From Promethearchaeota archaeon (GTDB lineage: Archaea > Asgardarchaeota > Lokiarchaeia > Sigyniarchaeales > SOKP01), in assembly GCA_018238625.1 (NCBI GenBank), contig JABCSY010000012.1, forward strand, positions 1-57,139: a stretch of 57,139 nt of DNA, read 5' to 3'. A program made the translations under genes and the position numbers. Shown here one piece after another: positions 1-10,678 of the stretch (position 1 is its first letter; every line of letters begins with the position of its first letter). The notes beneath the pieces are model-generated. The model was not told the origin of the DNA. It searched no databases and worked only from the letters and a program-made list of their open reading frames with translations.

Positions 1-227
1 AGATTCAGCATCCATTTCCAACCATACTTTTATTCCAAAATGGGAAGTTGAATTATAGTATTATTTATAAAAAAACAAAAGGGTCAACCTTCGAAAATAG
101 AAAATAACCATTTACATTACTGCTAAACTCTATAATTTACATCTTATGACAATGAGTTATCAAGGAAAATCTGAAGGCGCTAAAGATACAAATAGGGAGT
201 GCGGAAATTTTAAAAAGTGAAAAATCA

Positions 228-1697
228 ATGGACGTAAAGGGGCGAGATTCTGTAGGAGGACTTCCTAAGTCTATTAAAATAAATTCCAAAGAAATATCAA
301 GCATAATATATACTCTTGAAAAACACCCAGAACAAATTGAACAAATAATTAAATTAATAAAACAAGGAAAAATAGATCAAAAAAACGCTGAAAGCATTGC
401 CAATTCTCTTGAAAACAAGCCAAAACAGACTATGGAAGCAATAAAATTAGCTGAACTAGGTATAATAGAAAAAGGGAAAATAACAGAAATTGCTAAAACT
501 TTTCAATCTTCTCCAAAAAAAACAAGAGAACTAATGAAAATAGCAAAAGAATTAAAAATAAAACCAGACAACCTTGCAGAAATTATGATGGGTTTAGAAT
601 CTCATCCAACCATTACCAAAAAAATATTAAGATTAGCAAAAGAAGGAAAAGTAAACAAAGAAGAAATAACTCAACTTATTTTTGATGTTAGAGTTAACGA
701 TTATGAAAAATTACCTCAGGCATTAAAATTAGCAGAAGAAGGAAAAATAAAACCAGAAGATATTACAGGAACTGCTGGAACTATGAATTCAGTTTTAAAA
801 GATTATGCAAAAGAAATAATGGAAATAAATGAAAATAAGATTTTGATAGGGACTTCGGGATGGGGTTATGATGAGTGGGTAGGGCCATTTTATCCTAGGA
901 GTTTGAAAAAGGAGGATTATCTTTCGTATTATTCGGAAATATTTTACACGAACGAGATAAACACTACATTTTACAACATTCCTTCGAAATTAGTCGTAAC
1001 CCGCTGGAGAGACAAGACTCCCTCAGATTTCTTGTTTACTGCGAAACTTCACAGAAAGATTACTCACGAACATAAGTTAGATATTAATTTATGTTTAAAC
1101 GATCTGGATTATTTTTTAGAATCGATGAGCCCTTTAATAGAATCCAAGAAGTTATTAGGGTTTTTAATACAATTACCTCCTTCCTTTAATAAAGAGGAGC
1201 ATTACGATAATTTAAAAGATTTTATTCAAAATTGGCCGGGAAATCCAGAACAAGAAGGTTATAATTTGATAATAGAATTTAGGCACGAATCTTGGATGGA
1301 CGATGATGTTTTTAAGTATTTAAAAAGAAATTCGCTTACATATTGTGCCGTTATTGAGCCATTATTGCCCCCTAGAATGGACGTTACAAATCCAAAATTT
1401 GCTTATATTAGATTTCATGGTTATGGGCAAAAAATTTGGTTTAATTATTGTTTTAAGGAAGAAGAGATTAAAAAATGGGCAAGTTCAATAAGAGAAGTTG
1501 TTCAAAAGGTTGATAAAATAGGGATTTATTTTAACAATCATTTTTCGGGATATGCTACTAAAAACTCTTTAATGATGATGCGAGAGTTAAATCTAGATCC
1601 CAGAAAAGAACCTAAACAAGTTAGAATATTGGATATAAAGAAAAAGTCTGGTACTTACTCGAGAGGACAAACAGGTTTAGATAAATTTTTAAATTAA
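228..1697 (+). CDS. DUF72-family protein (from about Met198, nt 819) preceded by an apparently unrelated region: MreB-like fragment plus helical repeats
   Basis: IGTSGWGYDEW, EINTTFY, QLPPSF, EFRHESW, YIRFHG and YFNNH are DUF72 motifs. The first ~197 aa look unrelated and may be chimeric. Confidence 0.8.
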   Translation: MDVKGRDSVGGLPKSIKINSKEISSIIYTLEKHPEQIEQIIKLIKQGKIDQKNAESIANSLENKPKQTMEAIKLAELGIIEKGKITEIAKTFQSSPKKTRELMKIAKELKIKPDNLAEIMMGLESHPTITKKILRLAKEGKVNKEEITQLIFDVRVNDYEKLPQALKLAEEGKIKPEDITGTAGTMNSVLKDYAKEIMEINENKILIGTSGWGYDEWVGPFYPRSLKKEDYLSYYSEIFYTNEINTTFYNIPSKLVVTRWRDKTPSDFLFTAKLHRKITHEHKLDINLCLNDLDYFLESMSPLIESKKLLGFLIQLPPSFNKEEHYDNLKDFIQNWPGNPEQEGYNLIIEFRHESWMDDDVFKYLKRNSLTYCAVIEPLLPPRMDVTNPKFAYIRFHGYGQKIWFNYCFKEEEIKKWASSIREVVQKVDKIGIYFNNHFSGYATKNSLMMMRELNLDPRKEPKQVRILDIKKKSGTYSRGQTGLDKFLN

Positions 1698-1760
1698 AAC
1701 ACAAATTTAACTTGTGAGAAAACATAGTAGATTCTGTTGTTAAAAGAGGTTGGTTAAGAA

Positions 1761-2768
1761 TTGAATCGCAACATACTAAGAATTGGATTTATTGGTCCAG
1801 GATCTATTGGTAGTTTATTCGGAGGCTGTCTTGCTTCTGTTCATACTGATGTTAACCCGTTAGAGATTGTTTTTTTTTGTAGAAGGGGTCATGCTAAGGT
1901 AATAAATAAGTATGGAATAAAGATATTCAACGATAAAGGTAATTTAACGCTAACTAATATTAAAGCTTTTGAGAACGCTGAAGATTTTACAAAAGGATTA
2001 GTTAATGACAAGATATACAAATTAGACTACTTGTTTTTAACGACTAAAACATACGATAGCGAGAGAGCGATGATTCAATATGAACAATTGATTAATTCGA
2101 GTAATTGGTTAATAATTCTACAGAATGGTCTCGGTAACGAGGAATTAGTGAAGAAATATTGCGATAAAAAAAAAATAATAAGAATAATTACTTCGCATGG
2201 TGCAATACTGAAAGATAATGGTTGCGTGTATCATACAGGCCCAGGATTTACAAAAATGGGGTTTGTCTATTTAAAACCCCAAAAGCAAAATCATCGTCTT
2301 TATGAGAGTGGTTATGTAAAATTAAACGAGTTAAAAAATCATTTAGACGCGGGAGGTTTAGAAACTGAAATTGTTGACGATATTATTAAGCACACTTGGG
2401 AAAAAGCATTTGTAAACATTGGAATTAACGCTTTAGGGGCGTTAACTCGTTTAAATAATGGAAAACTTTTAGAGAATGAAAAATTGAAACAATTAATGAG
2501 TATTGCGGTTAAGGAGGCGCTATATATAGCTAAGTTAAAAGGCATCGATCTTTCAGATGTGGATTATGTCAGGTTAATGTATTCTGTTGCCGAAAAAACA
2601 TACGATAATAAAAATTCAATGTTACAAGATATATTAAAAGGAAAACTAACGGAAATTGACTTTCTTAATGGTCGAATTGTAAGTTTAGCAAAAGAAGTAG
2701 GTATTAAAGTCCCGATAAATGAAATGCTCACTGATTTAATAAAAGGGTTAGAAGAATCTTTTAGATAA
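1761..2768 (+). CDS. panE: 2-dehydropantoate 2-reductase
   Basis: GPGSIG Rossmann motif, LQNGLGNEE, WEKAFVNIGIN, NSMLQDI, TEIDFLNG. Confidence 0.92.
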   Translation: MNRNILRIGFIGPGSIGSLFGGCLASVHTDVNPLEIVFFCRRGHAKVINKYGIKIFNDKGNLTLTNIKAFENAEDFTKGLVNDKIYKLDYLFLTTKTYDSERAMIQYEQLINSSNWLIILQNGLGNEELVKKYCDKKKIIRIITSHGAILKDNGCVYHTGPGFTKMGFVYLKPQKQNHRLYESGYVKLNELKNHLDAGGLETEIVDDIIKHTWEKAFVNIGINALGALTRLNNGKLLENEKLKQLMSIAVKEALYIAKLKGIDLSDVDYVRLMYSVAEKTYDNKNSMLQDILKGKLTEIDFLNGRIVSLAKEVGIKVPINEMLTDLIKGLEESFR

Positions 2769-2773
2769 GTAAA

Positions 2774-3298
2774 TTAGGCTTTTAGGGTCATATAGTACGC
2801 ATTTTCCCCGTCTCTATAATATTTTTCTTTTATGTTATGGGTGGTAAAAATAAATTTTTTGTACAGATTAATAGCAACATAATTACTCACTCTTACTTCT
2901 AAGACAAATTCGTCTATTTTGTATTTTTTTAATTTTTTCATAGAGTTTGATAACAAAGTTGCTGCTATACCTGACCTCCTATAACTCTTTAAAACTGCTA
3001 TTGAGACCAAATGTCCTTTATTCATCAATTTCAAGCTATTCATCGATGGAGCTCGTTCAACCCTCCACATTATATATCCAATAATTTTTCCGTTGTTATT
3101 ACAAGCAACTTGAAAGGATTCTGGATAATTATCTAATATGCTTTTGTAAAAAAAATAAGGATAATCTTCGGGTAATTCTTTTTCGTTTACTTCGATAACG
3201 CCTTCTAAGTCTTCTAAGGAGCATCTTCTTACAACTATTGGTTTTTTATCATTGAAAAGATTGAAGTAATTAGTCCGCGTATCTTTTTCTGTACCCAT
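2774..3298 (-). CDS. Ard1/RimI-like N-terminal acetyltransferase (GNAT)
   Basis: LPEDY, GHLVSIAV, YRRSGIA, LEVRVSN, YYRDGENAY. Confidence 0.9.
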   Translation of the reverse strand: MGTEKDTRTNYFNLFNDKKPIVVRRCSLEDLEGVIEVNEKELPEDYPYFFYKSILDNYPESFQVACNNNGKIIGYIMWRVERAPSMNSLKLMNKGHLVSIAVLKSYRRSGIAATLLSNSMKKLKKYKIDEFVLEVRVSNYVAINLYKKFIFTTHNIKEKYYRDGENAYYMTLKA

Positions 3299-3402
3299 AG
3301 TTGTATGAGCTCAAATTATAGTTCTTGATATTTTATATTATAGCTATATAAAATATTATTTTAGAGCTTTTTAAGCTTTTTTAAATAATAAAAAGGTTCA
3401 AA

Positions 3403-4197
3403 TCAATTTTTTGTGATTTTGAATGCAACTTTTTTTTGTCTTTTAACATATCGAATTATAGTTTCTAAAGATAAAAGAATGTTTTTTCTGTTATTGAAAT
3501 TATCGACAATGCTTTGCAATTCTTTCTTATTAGCGTGTTTTAATTTTTCAGCGATCGAAATCATTATCGGTAGTGTTCTGACAATATTATCTACAATCGT
3601 AATATCTGCCCATATTGAAGTTCTACTAATTGGATTTAAATCAACTGCGATTACTTTTTTTCCGATCCTTTTTAAAGCTTCTGTTCGGTCTCCATCTTCT
3701 AAAGGGACCATAATTACATCAGAATTTTGAATTGATTCTACCAACCTTCTATTACTATCCAATCCTTCAATTTCAACCATTTTTTCTTCATTAATACCTC
3801 GAATATCAATAGCTCCTGCCTTTTCCAATACATCCTTAATAGCCTTGATTCGTCCTGCTTTCCTATAAAATAAATTTATTTCGAGCGGAGCATCTATCAC
3901 ATTCGAAAGTTTAGCGAGTTCTTGAGGTACTAATGCCGCGATATTCCCATTTACGCTAATCACTGGTTTTTTAGCTAGTAGAAGCATTGCTACTGCAGCT
4001 TTAATGGCTCTCTTAGCAGCGTCATTTGTTTTTTCACCTAAAATGTAGTCAAAACATTCACCTCTCCCATGAGCTATTAAACCTGCCTCAGCTACAACTA
4101 GATTCTTCATCCCTTCTATAATTCTATGACGATGTTTTAAGCTCTCATATCGGGGATGAGTTTTAGGAACATCGGAATGATTATTTTTGTTGGTAAT
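3403..4197 (-). CDS. Phosphopantothenate synthetase; start extended to a probable ATT
   Basis: GLIAHGRGECFDY, SVNGN, PLEDGDR and DLNPISRT motifs. The conserved VPKTHPRYESL segment lies in frame upstream of ATG 4110. Confidence 0.88.
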   Translation of the reverse strand: MTNKNNHSDVPKTHPRYESLKHRHRIIEGMKNLVVAEAGLIAHGRGECFDYILGEKTNDAAKRAIKAAVAMLLLAKKPVISVNGNIAALVPQELAKLSNVIDAPLEINLFYRKAGRIKAIKDVLEKAGAIDIRGINEEKMVEIEGLDSNRRLVESIQNSDVIMVPLEDGDRTEALKRIGKKVIAVDLNPISRTSIWADITIVDNIVRTLPIMISIAEKLKHANKKELQSIVDNFNNRKNILLSLETIIRYVKRQKKVAFKITKN

Positions 4198-4285
4198 CGT
4201 AAAACAACAATTATTATTATGTAGGCCTTTATATAGGTTGAAAAGGAAGAAAAATTATTAATCTTTTGTTAATTTTATCTCATTA

Positions 4286-5569
4286 TTGATGATTATGGCT
4301 CCAACAGAAAGTAAAAAAAGCGAGGATTTAAGACGTTACAAGATAAAAAAGCTTTTGGACAAGCTTAAATCCAAAAAAGGATTTCATACAGAGTTGATAT
4401 CATTATATATTCCTCATGATCGAAAACTTTCGGATGTTACAAATTATTTAAAAAACGAAGTAAGCGAAAGTCAAAACATTAAATCAAAATTAACTCGCAA
4501 AAATGTATTAGATGGAATCTCAACACTTATAGGGATGTTGAAGAATTATAAAGAAGTTCCAAAGAATGGATTAGTTATGTTTGCTGGAGCTATCCCTCAA
4601 AATAATACCCCTGGTACAGAAAAAATGGAAAGATACATCATAGATCCTCCAGAAAGGGCAAAAACATTTAGATACCACTGTGCGAGCGAATTTTTACTGT
4701 GGCCATTAGAGGACATGCTCAAATCAAAGGAAACTTATGGATTGCTTGTTATCGGCCGAAAGGAATCCGCAGTTGGGTATATCACGGGAAATCATGTAGA
4801 AATTGTGAGAGATTTTACCTCTGGGATTCATGGAAAGCATAAAGCCGGTGGTCAATCGCAAAAAAGATATGAAAGATTAATTGAAGAGGGAGAAAAGAGG
4901 TTTTACAGAAGAATATCTGAAGAAGTTAACGAATTATTTTTGAAAATAGAGGATTTACAAGGAATTTTTATTGGAGGGCCTGGTCCTTCTAAAGAAAAGT
5001 TTGTAAACGATGAAAGCTTAGATTATCGACTACGAGACAAAATCTTAGATGTTGTAGACCTTGGTTATGGAGGACCTGAGGGAATTCGCGCTTTAATTGA
5101 AAAGATTAAAACGAAAATATCAAATGTAAAATACATTCGAGAAAAAGAAGTTGTCCAAGGATTTTTAAAGGAGATATCAAATGAATCGGGTTTAGTTACT
5201 TACGGTCTTAAAGAAGTAGAAAAAGCTTTGAATATGGGTGCTGTTAAAAAATTAATTCTTTCTGAAAAATTAGATATTTATCAATTAAAAATTGAATGTT
5301 TGAATTGTGGCTATAAGGAATCTCGTACTGCAAGGGAGTCAGAATTAAACAAAGTAAAATCATCCATCCAAGAAGAAAGTTGTCCAAAATGTAGCTCAAA
5401 TACTTATAACCTTGTAAACACGGTTTCTATAATTGAAGAGCTGGGTTCCATAGCAGAATCTATGAACACTGATGTAATACTTATTTCTCCAGAAACAGAA
5501 GAGGGAGAAATGCTATATAGTACTTTCGGAGGAATTGTTGCAATTCTTCGTTTTAAACTTACTTATTAG
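4286..5569 (+). CDS. prf1: Peptide chain release factor aRF1
   Basis: NIKS and GGQ motifs, YxC, CxxC insert in the C-terminal domain. Confidence 0.97.
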   Translation: MMIMAPTESKKSEDLRRYKIKKLLDKLKSKKGFHTELISLYIPHDRKLSDVTNYLKNEVSESQNIKSKLTRKNVLDGISTLIGMLKNYKEVPKNGLVMFAGAIPQNNTPGTEKMERYIIDPPERAKTFRYHCASEFLLWPLEDMLKSKETYGLLVIGRKESAVGYITGNHVEIVRDFTSGIHGKHKAGGQSQKRYERLIEEGEKRFYRRISEEVNELFLKIEDLQGIFIGGPGPSKEKFVNDESLDYRLRDKILDVVDLGYGGPEGIRALIEKIKTKISNVKYIREKEVVQGFLKEISNESGLVTYGLKEVEKALNMGAVKKLILSEKLDIYQLKIECLNCGYKESRTARESELNKVKSSIQEESCPKCSSNTYNLVNTVSIIEELGSIAESMNTDVILISPETEEGEMLYSTFGGIVAILRFKLTY

Positions 5570-5604
5570 TAAAAATCACATAACTCTTAATTCAAAAAAA
5601 CTGG

Positions 5605-6597
5605 TTGATTAGTATGGAATTAAAAGAAATGTTATTAAATTTAAAAATAATCATGTTTGGTGGTAAGGGAGGCGTAGGTAAAACAACTTGTGCCTCAAGT
5701 TCAGCAATCTGGGCAGCAGAACATGGTAGAAATACATTAATTATTAGTACAGATCCCGCACATTCACTAGGAGATAGTTTAGGGACCGAACTTCCCCCCG
5801 GCGAGCCGACACCTATACCTGGAATAAATAATTTGACTGCTTTAGAAATCGATCCAAAAAAAAATTTAGCAGAATATAAAGGATTAACGAGTGTAAATCC
5901 CATGGAAGGGATGGATATGCCCGGCTTAATGGAAGGTATTCCAATGATGGAGGATTTGCAAGATTTAACTTCAATGAATCCACCAGGTATCGACGAAGCT
6001 TTCGCATTATTAAAAGTATTAGAAATTATAGAGACAGAACACGACTATGATTTAGTTATATTTGATACTGCCCCAACAGGCCACACTCTTAGGTTTTTAA
6101 GCCTTCCAGAAACGCTATCGGGGTGGATAGGTAAACTATTGAAAATGAGATTAAAACTTGGAAGCATAATGGGTCTAATGAAAAGTTTATTTTCTAGTAA
6201 TGAAAAAGAAAAAGATAACTCTTTAGAAGTTTTAGAAAGATTAAAAGACTCTATCATTAATGCACGAGAAGATCTCACCAACCCTTTGAAAAATTCTTTT
6301 GTTGTTGTGATGATAGCGGAAGAGATGGCTATTTCAGAAACAGGGCGCCTTATAAACGAATTGTATAAATTTAAGATTCCTGTTTCAAATATTATAATCA
6401 ACCAATTATATCAAGCTGAAGAAAATTTATGTGATTTTTGCAAATCACGACGAAATATGCAACACCGTAATTTATTGAGCATTAACAAAATTTTTAAAGA
6501 AAATTTGGGAAAGAATTTGATTGAAATTCCTCTTTTCCGAGAAGAAATTAGAGAATATGATAGATTAAAGGAATTTAGCGAATATTTAATTAAATAA
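5605..6597 (+). CDS. ArsA/GET3-family ATPase
   Basis: GGKGGVGKTT, STDPAHS, PGIDE, DTAPTGH, CxxC. Confidence 0.93.
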   Translation: MISMELKEMLLNLKIIMFGGKGGVGKTTCASSSAIWAAEHGRNTLIISTDPAHSLGDSLGTELPPGEPTPIPGINNLTALEIDPKKNLAEYKGLTSVNPMEGMDMPGLMEGIPMMEDLQDLTSMNPPGIDEAFALLKVLEIIETEHDYDLVIFDTAPTGHTLRFLSLPETLSGWIGKLLKMRLKLGSIMGLMKSLFSSNEKEKDNSLEVLERLKDSIINAREDLTNPLKNSFVVVMIAEEMAISETGRLINELYKFKIPVSNIIINQLYQAEENLCDFCKSRRNMQHRNLLSINKIFKENLGKNLIEIPLFREEIREYDRLKEFSEYLIK

Positions 6598-6599
6598 TT

Positions 6600-7601
6600 T
6601 TATCTATTAAATTCTTTTAAATATTTACAATACAAACATAGATTTGTATTTCCACATGGATATCCACACTCTTCACAAGAATTATACGGTTTTGCTTTAT
6701 ACTGGTAATAAAATATTTCAGACATTTCTAAAAAACCATTGAGTAAATTGAATTCTATTTCTGGGCTAAATTTTTTACATTCTAAAATGAAATCTAGAAC
6801 TCTTTTCCTTAGAATTGGGTCTTTCTCTCTGTAGGGGCAATGCGAGGGATAATAGTCGAACTTTTTCATATTTGAATAAAGAAAGATTTCTTCTTCAGGA
6901 ATTCTCATCAAAGGAGTAATTCTTCTTACGAAATACTTGCTAATTTCTTTATTATCTCTTTTAAAAAGATATTGATTAGAGATTTTTCGAAATCTCTTAA
7001 ATAAAATGTTCATAAGGTATGTTTCTGCGATGTCTGTTAGGTTATGACCCATCGCAAGAACATCAGCACCTAATTCTTTAGCTGTTTCGTTTAACAGTCT
7101 TCTCCTAAATGTTGCGCAGTAATTACAAGCGTATTTATAATCTATAGTTTTACTTTTTAATTCTATAATCTCATCTAAAGTCTTTCCTGTTTTTTCTTTA
7201 AATGAAACAATCTTATGCTCAATCCCATATTTTTTACAAAATTTATTGGCATTCTTTATACTATTGCTTCTATAATCTTTGATCCCCTCGTCAACGGTTA
7301 TAGCGATAATAGGTTGAGAGTGGAAATTATTTTCTTGGATTTTTTTAAGATTGTAGAGTAATGCTATAGAATCCTTTCCACCAGAAAGTCCTACAACAAT
7401 TTTATCTCGAGGTTTTAGCATTTTAAATTTGGATATTGTCTTATAGATATTTTTCTCTATTCTTTTTGTGAAGCATTCAGTACAAATTAGCTCACCAGAA
7501 TATTTTCTGTGGATAACTAATGCATTTTTATTACAATAATCACACGTACTTATTTTCATAAGCACATTATAACTATTTTCACGATTGCTTATGAAGATCA
7601 C
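6600..7601 (-). CDS. TtuA/Ncs6-family tRNA 2-thiolation protein (real start probably near 7559)
   Basis: SGGKDS PP-loop, CxxC, GHNLTD, N- and C-terminal zinc fingers. Confidence 0.88.
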   Translation of the reverse strand: MIFISNRENSYNVLMKISTCDYCNKNALVIHRKYSGELICTECFTKRIEKNIYKTISKFKMLKPRDKIVVGLSGGKDSIALLYNLKKIQENNFHSQPIIAITVDEGIKDYRSNSIKNANKFCKKYGIEHKIVSFKEKTGKTLDEIIELKSKTIDYKYACNYCATFRRRLLNETAKELGADVLAMGHNLTDIAETYLMNILFKRFRKISNQYLFKRDNKEISKYFVRRITPLMRIPEEEIFLYSNMKKFDYYPSHCPYREKDPILRKRVLDFILECKKFSPEIEFNLLNGFLEMSEIFYYQYKAKPYNSCEECGYPCGNTNLCLYCKYLKEFNR

Positions 7602-7614
7602 ATCAACTAATTAA

Positions 7615-9405
7615 TTAAACCCAAAAAAGTTCGAATCCAAATTTTAAAAAAGATAATAGGAAATTACCACCTATAAGAACTAATGCGATAATTCTGATTG
7701 TATTCAACACAATATTTTTAATTCTTTTTTTGTCGTCATACAAATACTCGTAAGAGATTTCAAAAACAGTATTTTTTTCAAGTTTAGTATTTTCTGGCAA
7801 ATTCACTGATACAGTATCTTTATATCCATCGCCTATTTTATCCACTAATTCATAGTTATCTTCGCCTAAAATTATTTCACCACTTTGATCCTCTCTATCG
7901 TCTTTTAAATATATTTTCACATATTCTACTTTTTCTACCCGGTATTCGGTCAATTTACATTCTGTATCAATTCCTTTATATATGAGCTTATCTTTTTTCT
8001 TCTTTTTAGATTTGTAATTTTCACCAAAAATCCAATTTACCAATTCTTTCACGAATCTATCTCCATCAAATATCGGTAAAGGCATCATGTTGAATAATGT
8101 TATACTAAATGCTATGATAAAAAGCCACATAATTTCTCTAAACAAGAAATCTGGCCAGTTTGAGGTAAAAAACTTTGCAATTTCGTTTAGATGCATCCAA
8201 TAGTAAGTACTTTGAACACCCACGAAGACACCTTCAACCTCAACATCTAATATGTAATCAATCCCCGAATTGGAAGTTAGGTTTATGGCTTTTAATGTAA
8301 AACTTGTTAGTAAAATTTCTAATGTGTCGCCGTTGGACTTATTTATTGCAGTTCCATTTACTTTTGTGATTAATATGTTTGTTTTCGTTTCACTGGAAGA
8401 ATTATAGGTAATTCGTAATCCCATACCATCATCCTCATACTCATAATTGATTCCTATATCGTAACGAGGTCCTAAAGTAACATTTTTTTTAGAATAGGAT
8501 TCACTAAAAGGGTTATAAGTTTTAAAAGTTAAATTATCTCCAATTGAAAATTTAATTCTAGTATTATTACTTAATACAGAAGTAAGGCTAATTCCTTGGT
8601 TTAAATCAAGGTTCAAAAAATTAGCATCTGGTTCGCCTGAATTTTTAATAGCAATGATAGCATCTCCTGCTTCAAGAGTACCATTATTGAAGCCTCCATC
8701 TTGCGGTGTTAACACAGTATAAACTTGAGTGACTTGTATGTAAAAAGGAGAAATTATTGTTGGAAAACTAAGAATTAGCAAGAGTGCTAAACCAGCAGTT
8801 AACGCATTTACATAAGTTCCTGCTGCGGCTATTCTAAACCTTGTGTTTCGATGGAACTTTGACGATCTTAATTCTCTTTCATCAATTTCTACAAATGCGC
8901 CAAATCCCACCAGGTAAAACAAGCCAACTCCAAGTACACCAGTAGATTTAATTTCCACACCATCGATGCTAGCCGAAATTCCGTGAGCAAATTCGTGTGT
9001 AGTCATAATAAATAATAATGGTAAAAACAAGTAAAATAAAATAGGAAGATCAATTGTAACTCCAGGGATGAGTGGAACAATAGCATTTTCAATACTTGGT
9101 TGAAATAATAAAGACAGAATATTAGTAAAAAAGAAATAGAAACCAAAAATTGTAAAACCAAACGATACAAATATTCCAATATTCCAAAATATTCTCCACA
9201 GTTTTGGTTTTCTTTTAGAAATGTTTATGATAAAGTTATTCAGCTTTTTAGTTTTAAATAACACCAGTAACGGAAAGAAGAAACTATATGCTTCTTTTTT
9301 ATTTCTTAATAAAAAAACAAATACGATTACGATAATCCAAAACGCTAAGGAAATAATAAACCAAGGATTGAGTAGGAAATCTACAATAATATCAAGTAAA
9401 GTCAT
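7615..9405 (-). CDS. Site-2 protease (M50) intramembrane metalloprotease
   Basis: HEFAH, AAAGTYVN, NMMPLPIFDG, several TM segments. Confidence 0.92.
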   Translation of the reverse strand: MTLLDIIVDFLLNPWFIISLAFWIIVIVFVFLLRNKKEAYSFFFPLLVLFKTKKLNNFIINISKRKPKLWRIFWNIGIFVSFGFTIFGFYFFFTNILSLLFQPSIENAIVPLIPGVTIDLPILFYLFLPLLFIMTTHEFAHGISASIDGVEIKSTGVLGVGLFYLVGFGAFVEIDERELRSSKFHRNTRFRIAAAGTYVNALTAGLALLLILSFPTIISPFYIQVTQVYTVLTPQDGGFNNGTLEAGDAIIAIKNSGEPDANFLNLDLNQGISLTSVLSNNTRIKFSIGDNLTFKTYNPFSESYSKKNVTLGPRYDIGINYEYEDDGMGLRITYNSSSETKTNILITKVNGTAINKSNGDTLEILLTSFTLKAINLTSNSGIDYILDVEVEGVFVGVQSTYYWMHLNEIAKFFTSNWPDFLFREIMWLFIIAFSITLFNMMPLPIFDGDRFVKELVNWIFGENYKSKKKKKDKLIYKGIDTECKLTEYRVEKVEYVKIYLKDDREDQSGEIILGEDNYELVDKIGDGYKDTVSVNLPENTKLEKNTVFEISYEYLYDDKKRIKNIVLNTIRIIALVLIGGNFLLSFLKFGFELFWV

Positions 9406-9510
9406 ATAAGTTTTTTGAGCTCTATTTTATCGAATATCAAGGTTAATTAAGAATAAAAATTAAGTTTATTCTTTTTACTGATATGAGGCAATTTTCTTTA
9501 AAACGAGTAA

Positions 9511-10248
9511 CTAAGGAATTAAATTATTTTTTTTTAAAAACCAATTATTAATCAAGAATTTTTGAGAAAGGTTCTTTTGAGAAAGATAATGATTACTAAT
9601 AGTAGATTTCGGCACCCACACCTCCTTATTATCGAATTCAATTAAAATAGCCTTTTCTGTTTCTCCCAAGATTATTCCATCGACATTACTCAAGTCTTTA
9701 AGGATATCTCCTCGAAGTTTTATTTCAGGAATAAGTTCTTTTTTGTAACAATCAGATTCTTCATTAATTACTTCAATTTTATCCCTATTAGAAAGATCCT
9801 CTTGTTTGAGTTTTATTACTTTATTTTCGTTGCTATTTCTTTTTGGTATCGTCGAATAAGCTATTTTTTCCTTGAGTAAATGGATCAATAATAGCCTTAA
9901 AATTTCCGTTTGAGCAAGATTAAGCATTTTAGAATAAATTCCAATATTAATCCACAATATGTTTGCATCTTCATCTTCCCAACTAAAAGATAACGAAGTT
10001 TTCTTATCCTTGTAAATATGATGACTTTGCCAATTTTGAGTTTGACGATTTAATACTCGCAAGATCATAATTATCTCTTCTAACGAGATTTTTATTATTT
10101 TACCTTCATTGATTGAAGGTTTTTCCCAAATTCCATCAGGTTTTTTTTTAATGCAATGTATAAAAATAAAAGGGTCTGAGCTCGAGGGACTACTCACAAT
10201 CATCCCGGTGTTCTGTCCGAAAAAGCTTTTTGAATGTGAATCCACCAT
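9511..10248 (-). CDS. Hypothetical protein
   Basis: 245-aa ORF ending in a small ETEKAILI..VWVPKS domain. Confidence 0.65.
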   Translation of the reverse strand: MVDSHSKSFFGQNTGMIVSSPSSSDPFIFIHCIKKKPDGIWEKPSINEGKIIKISLEEIIMILRVLNRQTQNWQSHHIYKDKKTSLSFSWEDEDANILWINIGIYSKMLNLAQTEILRLLLIHLLKEKIAYSTIPKRNSNENKVIKLKQEDLSNRDKIEVINEESDCYKKELIPEIKLRGDILKDLSNVDGIILGETEKAILIEFDNKEVWVPKSTISNHYLSQKNLSQKFLINNWFLKKNNLIP

Positions 10249-10404
10249 TTTTTTAAAGAGTTGTGTTTATTTTAAATAATTGTAAGTTAATATATTTTGA
10301 ACTAAAAAAATACCACTAAATCACCATAAAAATGATAAAAAATTAAAAGATAAAAAAATTATATGATCTATAAAAAAGAGTTATTCCCATAAGAAACAAA
10401 CCTT

Positions 10405-10511
10405 AGCGGGGTGGGCTAGCCTGGTTTATGCCGCAGGGCTCATAACCCTGAGAACACTGGTTCAAAAGATTTTGATTGATTTACAACAATCTGAGATTCC
10501 AGTCCCCGCTA
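10405..10511 (+). tRNA. Initiator tRNA-Met(CAT) with a T-loop BHB intron (10467-10497)
   Basis: A1-U72 pair, GGG/CCC anticodon stem, CAT anticodon. BHB is TTCA/TGAG with AAA and ATT bulges; splicing restores TTCAAAT. Confidence 0.93.
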
Positions 10512-10678
10512 TTTTATTTCATTCTTTATCTTAAACGATATAATCTTTAAAAATGTTAAATGGATTAAAATAAAGAGAAAATTAGTTATATTTAACAATT
10601 AATAATAACGCCTATATTTCATAAAATTTGTTAATATAGTAATCGATTGTATAATAGAAATTTCACATGAGTTAAATT

